A DNA stretch of 60,587 nt, the filler included, from Squatina squatina (Eukaryota): the NCBI GenBank assembly GCA_031763465.1. It is 4 parts of 3 records of this genome, joined end to end, with 100 filler letters (N's around TTAATTAATTAA, not from the genome) between each part and the next. Parts side by side here need not be neighbours in the genome. Positions count along the whole stretch, not along the records: positions 1 to 14,828 come from JARFOE010000001.1; positions 14,929 to 28,161 come from JARFOE010000100.1; 2 more parts are not named here. The stretch is one strand, 5' to 3'. A model generated the notes under the pieces. It searched no databases and was not told the DNA's origin. It saw only the letters and a program-made list of their open reading frames with translations. This document shows, in pieces, positions 13,069-23,028 of the stretch (its first letter is position 1; each line of letters opens with the position of its first letter). Made by a program: the position numbers and the translations under genes.

Positions 13069-13199
13069 AGTATCTTTCTCAGGATTGCATACTTTCACCC
13101 ACAATATGTGGTCAAGTAACCAGTCTATAGGCTTGTCCTTGTAGAACATGATAATGAATTCGACGATGAGTGTCAGATCAGGAGACTTGAATAATTTTC
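13069..13199 (-). CDS. MGAT4D: MGAT4-family exon, probable MGAT4D
   Basis: 131-bp exon encoding (G)[43 protein letters not shown]. Its phase joins the 9176-9283 exon. Confidence 0.7.
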
Positions 13200-14828
13200 C
13201 TAAATCAAACAGTAAACAAGAGAGAAAAAAGTTGTAATTCAACTCTCTGCACATTAGTGGGAGATTCTACTATCCATATCAGTTGAGGCATAATCATAAT
13301 TGAAGAAGTCAGCAAAAGAAAACAAATGAAATAAGCGAATACAATTATATACCTTTAAAAAAGAAGATTCATTATGAAATAAAATTGGAAAAGGTTCTTC
13401 TGCTTACTAACTCCTTGACTGCAGTGACCAAATTTGCTTCAAGATACATCACAGTGCTGCACAAATGCTGCCATGATTGTAATGTANNNNNNNNNNNNNN
13501 NNNNNNNNNNNNNNNNNNNNNNNNNNNNNNNNNNNNNNNNNNNNNNNNNNNNNGGAGAACCGACGAGGAAAAGTTTCTGACCCTGCCCGCTGTAGGAGAG
13601 CTGAGTTTAATGCTGTCGTCTGTTTGGCGCAGTTGGTAGGACTCTGGCCTTTGACTCAGGGCTTGAACATGTCATCTGGGCCCCTTCAGTGCAATACTGC
13701 AGGGTTGCAGCATTGATGCAAGTGTTGTCTTGAGGATAAGATAGAAAGAGTGGATATAAAAGATTCCACAGCCATATTTGAAGAGCAGGGATGTTCATGC
13801 CCTGGCGTGTGGATACCAAATTTGCCTAGGTAACACTTCAAAAAAAGAGCAATTCATTGGCCGTGAAGCAGCATGGTTGTACATGTCCGGCACAAATATA
13901 AGTGCGAGTTCTTTATTAACCTGGAAAGCTTTCGCATCTTTTGGCATTGTAGATATGAATTCTGCTGCCCCTGTGTCAGGCACAGTGCTTCGCCAAAACA
14001 TCTCCCATTGATAGCTTAACATTATTCTTTAATAAGAACAGTTTAAAACGCCTCAATAGCAAAGAAAACTTAGGCAGCATGGCTCAAATATCAGCATTCA
14101 TCTCTTCAGACTGGCATCAATGATGAGCTCCTTAAAAGCTGCAAGCCTATTGAGGCTGTATAAATGTATGAAACTTGATATGGTTACTGCAAACTGAATT
14201 CCAATCCAAGTTCTGAAATACAGTAAAGCCCTTTTGTATTATGGCACAGAGACGCTGCAAATTAACATTTGGCTTTCTAATATTATTAACAAATACCATG
14301 AAAATGGCAAACACAGAAATACAATTGCTCTGTGTGCAGAGTTAGAGAAGAATTCTATTACTAAACAATCATAAACCAATGAAAGTTTAGTAAAGGGATT
14401 TTTCTTTTACCTTGCACACACAGGAAAATACACTGCTGGATTGTGTTTTTAAACAACAGAACAAAGATTTATATCAAACTGTGCTTTTAATTCCAAACCA
14501 AATTGGAATATTCAACAGGACACCAATATTCAATGAGTGTGCGACACCTTATAAAAGAAAATCTAATTCTGATTAAATATTGGACGAGTTGAGAGGTCAA
14601 TTACCATTGAAGCTAACTGACACCCTTAGAGCATTTTAAAAAAGCAAATAGCATCTCAAAAACTAGACTTTGCATCTTTCCCTTTGTTCTTGTCACTCAA
14701 ACAGTTTTACAACATTCCCATCTTTCCCTTAGCCTCTTCTCAATTACCTGTGCCTTCCTTTGATTGGCAGAATGGAGCACTCCAGACCAGAATATATGTT
14801 CCTCAACAACAATCTCTTGTATGTCCTC

Positions 14829-14928
14829 NNNNNNNNNNNNNNNNNNNNNNNNNNNNNNNNNNNNNNNNNNNNTTAATTAATTAANNNNNNNNNNNNNNNN
14901 NNNNNNNNNNNNNNNNNNNNNNNNNNNN
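14829..14928. other. Artificial scaffold spacer N44-TTAATTAATTAA-N44
   Basis: A six-frame stop linker centred in exactly 100 positions; gene content changes across it. Confidence 0.95.
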
Positions 14929-15163
14929 GGTAACTGTGTTACTTTGCTTTGAAAAGAAATGCATTATTTATTACACTAGTACCCAAATCGCCTGTACTTT
15001 GCCTTTGTTGACCCTGAATAAATAGACTTGGAACTGCTACAAATTCAACAGCAATAACAAGACAGACAGAGAATTCACTTGAACATTCTGTCTTTTGTTT
15101 GTTCCTTCTCAAAGTCCGAGGCAACATCTTGAGGTGGGCTCCTCCCCTCTGAATCCGCACTCT

Positions 15164-15510
15164 CTAGACAGTAGAGGTCTGCCCTTCTGCCGGTGCTGCT
15201 TTCCCCGACAAGCTACCTGAAATGTTGTCCGAGTCCAGCAGCTCCACGATGCTATATGGGGAGCAATCCTCCAGACCAAGCTTTCCGGACAGCCAGCCGC
15301 AGAAACCTTTCTCCAAGTCCCGCACTGCCTGCCACCACTCACCAAACGACCAGGAAATCTGTGTCACGGTTGTGTACATGCCAAGGGACACAGACACTGC
15401 CACGATTAGCACTGGGTAAAAAATAATTAGAAAGGGGCAAATTGTAATCTTATGCCAGAAGGTGCGCTCCTCGTTGTAAACCAGGAAAATGTTATACCAG
15501 GTGATGGTCC
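15164..15510 (-). CDS. TMEM169: Transmembrane protein 169, 3' part of last exon
   Basis: TITWYNIFLVYNEERTFWHKI...GFCGWLSGKLGLEDCSPYSIVELLDSDNIS...TSTV* matches the TMEM169 C-terminus. Confidence 0.93.
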
Positions 15511-15610
15511 NNNNNNNNNNNNNNNNNNNNNNNNNNNNNNNNNNNNNNNNNNNNNNNNNNNNNNNNNNNNNNNNNNNNNNNNNNNNNNNNNNNNNNNNNN
15601 NNNNNNNNNN

Positions 15611-15752
15611 AAAGCAAAATACTGCGGGTGCGGGAAATCTGAAATAAAAACAGAAACTACTGGAAGTACTCAGCAGGTCAGGCAACGCCTGTGGAGACAG
15701 ACACCGAGTTAATGTTTCAGGACAGTGATGTTTCATCAGAACTGACGAAGGT
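15611..15752 (-). repeat. Penelope-like terminal repeat with degenerate hammerhead motif
   Basis: Minus strand of 15706-15744 reads CAGTT-CTGATGA-AACATCACTGTCCT-GAAAC-ATT-AACTC. Confidence 0.6.
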
Positions 15753-15992
15753 ATACAGTAACTAAGCGCCGGGATCCCTGAAGAGCACCATTCGCCACGT
15801 CTTTCCATACTCGGAAACTTCCTTTTACCCCAGCAAACCCTTCTACTCTCCAACCATTTCTCTATCAACTTGTTCAGATAAATCCCGAGAGATAAGTTGG
15901 AAATAGTGGATAAAAGAGTAAAACCAATCTAAGTTGCTGCTCTTCTGCATGGTGTGTAGTTTCACCAGTCTTTGTGTGCTTTCCTGATGTAG

Positions 15993-16176
15993 GTGTTTGC
16001 TGAGAGTAAAGACGAGACGGCTTTAGTCCTGTTTGGGACTGATGGAACCTCCAATCCCCTTGCTACATCAGACCAGTACCAGAACATTGTTGTGCACAGA
16101 AACCTGATGATCCCTGACTTCGATCTCCTGGAAGATGTTCAGAGTGGCATCAGGGCAAGTGACCATCAAGCTGACT
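15993..16176 (+). CDS. XRCC5: Ku80 exon (vWA domain)
   Basis: 184-bp exon encoding VFAESKDETALVLFGTDGTSNPLATSDQYQNIVVHRNLMIPDFDLLEDVQSGIRASDHQAD. Confidence 0.93.
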
Positions 16177-16185
16177 GTATCCTTT
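16177..16185 (+). promoter_or_regulatory. U12-type (minor spliceosome) 5' splice site
   Basis: GTATCCTTT begins exactly where Ku80 homology ends. Confidence 0.85.
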
Positions 16186-17014
16186 CAGCAAGCAGCTGCC
16201 TGAGGGAGATAACTGTTGAACACAAAGTTACCCAGAGGCTTTTCTATTACTGAGAAACACAGTGGTGCATGAAAGACCACCCAATAGTGGAAGGGGCATG
16301 GAGGGGAAAATATTTAGGCAAATCTATAAAATAATCAAGGGAGATTTCAGCTACTGCGAGGTAGGGAAAAGGAGTGGAGTTTTTTTTAGTGTGTACAGAA
16401 CTCCTTTCTCATCTAGAAGCCCAACAAGAGAGGAATCATAAATAATAAAAACAGAAAATGCTGGAGATACTCAGCAGGTCCGGCCGCATCTGTGGAGAGA
16501 GAAACAGTCAACGTTTCANNNNNNNNNNNNNNNNNNNNNNNNNNNNNNNNNNNNNNNNNNNNNNNNNNNNNNNNNNNNNNNNNNNNNNNNNNNNNNNNNN
16601 NNNNNNNNNNNNNNNNNNTAGGTTTTACCAAGCGTAAAAAACCTGAAGAGATCCCGAGCGAAAGTTTTGCAAAAATATCACAAAGCTCAGCGCTGGGGAT
16701 GAGTTCCGCAGTCTAAGCGTTGGAAATGTCAAGACAGATCGCAAATGCCGGTTATGCGAGCTTACGAGCCGGCTTTTGCGATGTCTCCACGGGTGCGTGG
16801 GAACATCGTTCCCACTCGGGGAGATTGCAATTTCAGGGCCATTCTGTGCTATTAACCTGGCCCACTCCAGGTTGAGGTTAAAGATCAGAGCAATTGTTTT
16901 CATATAACTAATTGAAAGGGTTCCCTGCTGCCTGAAATGTGTGTGGTTCAATATTTGTCGAAGTCCTTTGTGTTGATAGTTAGACTGCAGTCCTGTGCTT
17001 GTCTTTCTTCACAG

Positions 17015-17152
17015 CATGCTGCGGTGGCCTTGTCTGCACTGATCCATTCGTTGGATGAGCTGGATATGGTGGCGATAGTTCGTTACGTGTATGACCGGAG
17101 ATCAAACCCGCAAGTTGGAGTGGCGTTCCCCGTGATTAAAGACAAATCCGAG
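17015..17152 (+). CDS. XRCC5: Ku80 exon (core beta-barrel)
   Basis: 138-bp AG/GT exon encoding [46 protein letters not shown]. Confidence 0.93.
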
Positions 17153-17464
17153 GTAATGAGATGGGATTGAATGTCAGATGTGTAGACAATATTACTGACT
17201 ACTGAACTTTGGCATAAATGGTAAAGGGGAAAGAGCTGAATTTAGGCTGGAAGTGGAGACTTTTACAGAAATGTTGCAAGTACATCAAGTCCATCAGCAT
17301 CTGTAAAATGAAAAGATGTGTTCAGGTCCTGTACCTGAATCCGAGCTGGCTGCGTATCTCTGGCATTTGCAGATTTTTCTTTTTAACGGCTGTAGAATCA
17401 TTTTGAGGCACTATCAATTCAGAAAACTCAAACTAATTTTTGCTGTTTCCTCTCCTGCTGTCAG

Positions 17465-17555
17465 TGTTTGGTCTACATCCAACTCCCATTCATGGAGGAT
17501 CTCCGACAGTTTACCTTCACTTCACTGAAGAACAATAAGAAAGGAGCAGCTTCAG
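17465..17555 (+). CDS. XRCC5: Ku80 exon
   Basis: 91-bp exon encoding [30 protein letters not shown], in phase with the previous exon. Confidence 0.92.
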
Positions 17556-17939
17556 GTGGGTGCGAATTGTGCGCAGGAATAGACGGCTTCAGATTTGGGG
17601 CTTTTTATCAACTTGGAAGTGGGTACAGAAATAAAACACTCAAGTTTATAAATGATATCAAACTGCAAACCGTGAAGAACAGGGTGATCAAATACAGATG
17701 GCCGTGTATAGACNNNNNNNNNNNNNNNNNNNNNNNNNNNNNNNNNNNNNNNNNNNNNNNNNNNNNNNNNNNNNNNNNNNNNNNNNNNNNNNNNNNNNNN
17801 NNNNNNNNNNNNNGTGATCATGGGTTTTATTTGATACTTAGATTTTACCAAGTGGTGTTTGTCCAGCAAAGACTGAAAGCTGCAAACTCATTTTTGGGTA
17901 ACTGAAGGATTTTAGAGTTCTTGTTGTGATTTCTTACAG

Positions 17940-18136
17940 TGTCTTCAACACAAAGCATTTCAACCAGATGAGCCTTTGCCTCCCATGGACCCTCACCTGA
18001 AGACTATGTTGGACAGGCCCCAGGAGCTGGCTGGCTCCTGCCAGGCATCCTTGGAGCAACTAAAGAAGCTTTTCACTCTGCAGCATTCAGGCAAGAAGAA
18101 GGAACAGAAGATTGCACAGCAAATCTTCAAAGACAA
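17940..18136 (+). CDS. XRCC5: Ku80 exon
   Basis: Encodes CLQHKAFQPDEPLPPMDPHLKTMLDRPQEL...KKKEQKIAQQIFKD, bounded by cttacag and gtatga. Confidence 0.88.
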
Positions 18137-19489
18137 GTATGAGTTGGCCTGGATTTTAGATGGAGGGATTTGGAATTGAGTGTCCAGAATTTAGGTTCCG
18201 TTGGGGGGGGCGTGTTCCGTTGGCGGGGGGGGGGGGCTCGTTCCGTTGTGGGGGTGCAGGGAGTTCCGTTCGGGGGGGGGTGGCGGTGGCATGGTTGGGG
18301 AGTTGCGACATTAATCACATCTATTGCATTTACTTTTAAAGACTGTTAAATTCTTTAAACAGAACTGATCTTTAACAAATTAATACTGTCCGTGCTTGAG
18401 CAACCCATACATTTTTAAATAAGAACACAAGAACTAGGAGCCAGGATTAGGTCATCTGGCCCCTCGAGCCTGCTCCGCCATTCAACAAGATCATGGTTTT
18501 CTGTAGCCAGCAGTGCTGGCTCATCTGCGGTCTTCAGCAGGTATAAATAAGGCAGGTTTCTTAGCACCAGGAGCTGAGCTGCAAACAGAGTGCAGCAGCA
18601 TATACAGAGTGTTGGGAATTTGTTAAGTGAGGGAGGGGTGCATTGCTTANNNNNNNNNNNNNNNNNNNNNNNNNNNNNNNNNNNNNNNNNNNNNNNNNNN
18701 NNNNNNNNNNNNNNNNNNNNNNNNNNNNNNNNNNNNNNNNNNNNNNNNNTTTAACACCTTCTTCTGATCTTAGCTGCTGCTACTGACGCATCCACCTTCA
18801 CTGAGAGATGACCATGCAGATGCTCAGACATCATCATGCTAAAACTTTGCCTTTTCATCTGCAGGCTAAGTTGGCTACCAATAGTGCCTCCCAACAGGGG
18901 ATGGGGGCAGGCCCATCCACTGAGGTAACATCCAGGGCCCTGGAGCAGAGGGTGGTGCAGTTAATAGGGCCCCAGGTGACAGACCCAGTCGGCCAGGGAG
19001 AGGCAGATGGGGGCAATGGTGGCAGTGGTAAGTGCACCACAAGGGGAAGAAGCCAATGTTCCTTCAGATGCCAGGAAGAGGCTGGGAGTATCGTAATAGA
19101 TACAGATAGTATCTGTACAATGAGAATATCGAGCCTGGATCAGGGTGAGGTTATCCAGACTTTGTAATTGACCATTGTTTGAGTCTCTGGCGATTTGTCT
19201 CAGAACTGGAGTTAAAAGAATGAGATTGTGTTGAGAGAATTGTTTTAACAGTTGTGGCCATTTTTATCTTGTTTCACAGGCAGTTCTGATTATACAGTGA
19301 CTGTAATTTGTGAACTGGACTAATTTCCATTGTCCTGTGTGGCCTCGATAGCGGCTTTTCTTCACAGGCATCCCTGGTAGATTTACGGTGTCTGGTGCTG
19401 TCCTTCTACCATCCGTCTGTCAATCTCGGCCTCTTCATTCTTCCTCCTGTGGTCATTCCCATGTTTAACAATGCCTCGTCAAGATGTNN

Positions 19490-19812
19490 NNNNNNNNTAG
19501 TCACCCTCATCACCAGTTCTCTACTTGTGCTTGTTTCGTGCCCCTGTTCATTAGGCCTCAGGTGGCTGAGAATGTGTAGAATGGTGTATGCACAGTGATG
19601 ATTGGACATGGTTCCCATTGGCCGGTTGCCTCTGAAACTGTTGTGTGTGGTAGATGAGCGTTCGACCCGTGAGTTTCTATTACAGTTCGTGGTGCTCTTC
19701 TGATCCTCCATGTCCTTGGATTTTTCATAGTTCAGTACTTTCCATTGCTGGTTAACAGCTTGCCAACGCTTAAAGATTCGATATACAGATGGTCCCTCAT
19801 GAAAAATCAGTC
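19490..19812 (-). CDS. MARCHF4: E3 ubiquitin ligase MARCHF4, last exon
   Basis: GLIFHEGPSVYRIFKRWQAVNQQWKVLNYEKSKDMEDQK...HCAYTILHILSHLRP...SSRELVMRVT. The expected TTV* end falls in the 10-N gap. Neighbour of XRCC5. Confidence 0.9.
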
Positions 19813-20263
19813 CTGGAAAGGCAGAATGGAAAGTGCAGTCAAAGGTCTTGTCAGTGTTGCTGCTTGAGCGCAGCTCAATCCCAGTTTCTTGTGNNNNNNN
19901 NNNNNNNNNNNNNNNNNNNNNNNNNNNNNNNNNNNNNNNNNNNNNNNNNNNNNNNNNNNNNNNNNNNNNNNNNNNNNNNNNNNNNNNNNNNNNCGTGCGC
20001 AGTGGAGGGTTCGGAAACATAGACGTCGGGTGCAGGCCAGCGGGGGCTTGGGTGTGATGCACGCACAGTTGAACAGCCTTCCATCTCACACAGGAAGAAA
20101 GGCCACTTGGGGTGAGATAGAGGAAGGGATTATTCCCCAGGGAGAGTCAGCGCCCTCAGGAATGCCGATTCCAAGGATTGAACTACAGGGAGAAGAATGT
20201 GTTCATGGTCTATGAGTCTAGACACCAGACTAACCTCTCGCCTTCCTGTCTCCCCGGCTCCAG

Positions 20264-20561
20264 TGCAGAAGGAGAAAGGCTACACGAGTCGCCAGGACGA
20301 GGCTGTCAGGATCTTCAATTGTCTGCAGGAGCTGGAGTCCGTTTCCGATCCCATTCCCATCATCCAGGGAATTCTACAAACCTGCCAGGACCTGAAATCA
20401 CTGCGGGATGAGATTTACTGTCAGCTGATCAAACAGACGAACCACATGCCTCAGCCGAACAGCACAGGGAACCTGCACCACTGCCGGCTGCTCGGCTGCA
20501 TGAGCTGCACCTTCCTGCCCAGCCGGACAATCCTTCGCTATCTCAAGTTCCACCTCAAGAG
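20264..20561 (+). CDS. Myosin-X-like exon, MyTH4 domain (MYO10 paralog)
   Basis: 298-bp exon encoding QKEKGYTSRQDEAVRIFNCLQELESVSDPIPIIQGILQTCQDLKSLRDEIYCQLIKQTN...CTFLPSRTILRYLKFHLKR, closely resembling the MYO10 MyTH4 domain. Confidence 0.88.
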
Positions 20562-20576
20562 GTTTGAGTCACAGCT

Positions 20577-20652
20577 CCCAGCCAGCCCATAATATCCATC
20601 CACCCAGCCAGCCCATAATATCCGCCCAGACAGCCAGCCCATAATATCCATC
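20577..20652. repeat. Minisatellite, about 27-29 bp unit
   Basis: CAGCCAGCCCATAATATCC occurs three times before the gap. Confidence 0.85.
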
Positions 20653-20752
20653 NNNNNNNNNNNNNNNNNNNNNNNNNNNNNNNNNNNNNNNNNNNNNNNN
20701 NNNNNNNNNNNNNNNNNNNNNNNNNNNNNNNNNNNNNNNNNNNNNNNNNNNN

Positions 20753-21707
20753 CCACGGGAAGGGCCCAGTCCCACAGTGCAGTGCACCAGGGGAAGGGCC
20801 CAGCCCCACAGTGCAGGACACCAGGGCAAGGGCCCAGTCCCCCAGTGCAGGACACCAGGGAAAGGGTCCAGCCACACAGTGCAGGACACCAGGGAAAGGG
20901 CCTAGTCCCACAGTGCAGGACACCAGGGAAAAGGCCCAGTCCCCCAGGGCAGGTCACCAGGGGAAGGGTCCAGTCACACAGGGCACCAGGGGAAGGGCCC
21001 AGACCCACAGTGCAGGACACAAGGTGACGGGCCCAGTCCCACAGTGCACCAGGGGAAGGGCCCACTCTCACAGGGCAGGTTACCAGGGGAAGGGCCCAGT
21101 CTCACAGGGCAGGACACCAGGTGACGGGCCCAGTCCCACAGTGCAGGACACCAGGGGAAGGGCCCAGTCCCACAGTGCACCTGGGGAAGGATCAACTCTC
21201 ACAGGGCAGGGCACCAGGGGAAGGGCCAGTACCCCAGTGCACCAGGGGAAGGGTCCAGCCCCACAGGTCAGGGAACCAGGGAACAGGCTCAGTCCCACAG
21301 AGCACCGGGGGTAGGGCCCAATCTCAGGGCAGGGCACCAGGGGTCAGGCTCAGTCCCACAGAGCACCGGGGGTAGGGCCCAATCTCCCTGGGCAGGGCAC
21401 CAGGGGAAGGGCCAGTCCTCCAGTGCACCAGGGGAAGGGCGCAGTCCCACAGGGCAGGACACAAGGTGACGGGCCCAGTCCCACAGTGCAGGACACCAGG
21501 GGAAGGACTCAGTCCCACAGTGCACCAGGGGAAGGGCCCAGTACCATAGGGCATCTGGGGACAGGCCCACTCTCGCAGGGCAGGGCACCAGGGGAAGGGC
21601 CCAGTCCCACAGGGCACCAGGGGAAGGGCCCAGTCCCACAGGGCACCAGGGGAAGGGCCCAGTCCCACAGAGCACCAGGGAAAGGGCCCAGTCTCACAGG
21701 GCAGGGC
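20753..21707. repeat. GC-rich complex minisatellite (about 27-34 bp variant units)
   Basis: Recurring CCCAGTCCCACAGTGCAGGACACCAGGGGAAGGG and shortened variants. Confidence 0.92.
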
Positions 21708-21807
21708 NNNNNNNNNNNNNNNNNNNNNNNNNNNNNNNNNNNNNNNNNNNNNNNNNNNNNNNNNNNNNNNNNNNNNNNNNNNNNNNNNNNNNNNNNNNNN
21801 NNNNNNN

Positions 21808-22034
21808 GCTGTACCTGCCCTGGGAGTGTTTGATGGGACAGTGTAGAGGGAGCTTTACTCTGTATCTAACCCGTGATGTACCTGTCCTGGGAGTGTTTGA
21901 TGGGACAGTGTAGAGGGAGCTTTACTCTGTATCTAACCCGTGATGTACCTGCTCTGGGAGTGTTTGATGGGACAGTGTCGAGGGAACTTTACTCTGTATC
22001 TAACCCGTGCTGTACCTGCCCTGGGAGTGTTTGA
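21808..22034. repeat. 67-bp tandem repeat, about 3.4 copies
   Basis: Unit GCTGTACCTGCCCTGGGAGTGTTTGATGGGACAGTGTAGAGGGAGCTTTACTCTGTATCTAACCCGT starts at 21808, 21875, 21942 and 22009. Confidence 0.95.
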
Positions 22035-22057
22035 CGTTCCCTTTCCCTTTGGTTTAG

Positions 22058-22622
22058 ATCGCGTTATATCAGCACTGAGCTGGGAATTCGCGAGCGTTTG
22101 TTTGTCGGTGTCCTGACCTCCAAAACCACTCTGAACACTTTGGCTGTTGCCGTGAATCGCACGATGGGCAATCACATCGACAAGGTCCTGTACTTCACTG
22201 GGACCCGGAGCCGGAAGATTCCGCACGGGATGTACATCGTAACCCATGGCGATGAGCGGCCCATTTGGAACATGTACCAGACGGTGAAGTACGTCTTCGA
22301 GCATCACGGCGGTGAGTACGACTGGTTCTACTTCGCGCAGGACGACACGTACACTGAGGGCGACCGCATCAAGGCGCTGGTCGACCACCTGAGCATCGAC
22401 ACGGACCTGTACATGGGACGTCCTGAGGAGTTCATTGGGGGTGACACGGAGGGGCGGTACTGCTACGGGGGATTCGGATACTTGCTGTCCCGCAGTCTCC
22501 TGATTAAACTTCAGCCGCACCTGGAGAACTGTCGCAATGACATCCTGAGCGCCCGACCCGACGAGTGGCTGGGGCGATGTATCATCGATTATGTGGCAGT
22601 GAATTGTGTCGATGAGTACCAG
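22058..22622 (+). CDS. CHPF: Chondroitin polymerizing factor, internal exon
   Basis: SRYISTELGIRERLFVGVLTS...CRNDILSARPDEWLGRCII, AG/GT bounded. YISTELGIR and the block context favour CHPF over CHPF2. Confidence 0.88.
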
Positions 22623-22696
22623 GTGGGTGCAACTCACCGGGGCATGAACATACTCCCGAGATTGAAAATTCGCATCGATTGTATTCGGGTGTAGAA

Positions 22697-22867
22697 TATA
22701 AGAACACAGGAACATAAGAAACAGGAACAGGAGTCGGCCATTCGGCCCCTCGAGCCTGCTCCCCCATTCAATATGATCAGGGCTGATCTTCCTCAACACC
22801 ATTTTCCTGCACTATCCCCATATCCCTCGATGCCTTTAATATCTAGAAATCTATCGATCTCTGTTTT
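22697..22867 (-). mobile_element. CR1-type LINE 3' end
   Basis: aagaacacaggaacataagaaacaggaacaggagtcggccattcggcccctcgagcc, the reverse complement of the typical CR1 tail. Confidence 0.75.
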
Positions 22868-23028
22868 NNNNNNNNNNNNNNNNNNNNNNNNNNNNNNNNN
22901 NNNNNNNNNNNNNNNNNNNNNNNNNNNNNNNNNNNNNNNNNNNNNNNNNNNNNNNNNNNNNNNNNNNAGGCTCGAGGGGCTGAATGGCCTCCTGTTCCTA
23001 ACCCTCTTTTTTCTCTCTCGATTTTTAG

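Noticed and set aside
14873-14884. TTAATTAATTAA as a homeodomain site or piggyBac footprint
   Set aside because: It is centred identically within N runs three times, so it is a synthetic linker.
20538-21833. Many overlapping Cys/Gly/Pro-rich ORFs
   Set aside because: They are translations of the GC-rich minisatellite on both strands, with no splice or homology support.
21808-22034. 67-bp period resembling a CRISPR repeat-spacer unit
   Set aside because: The whole unit is repeated; there is no variable spacer.
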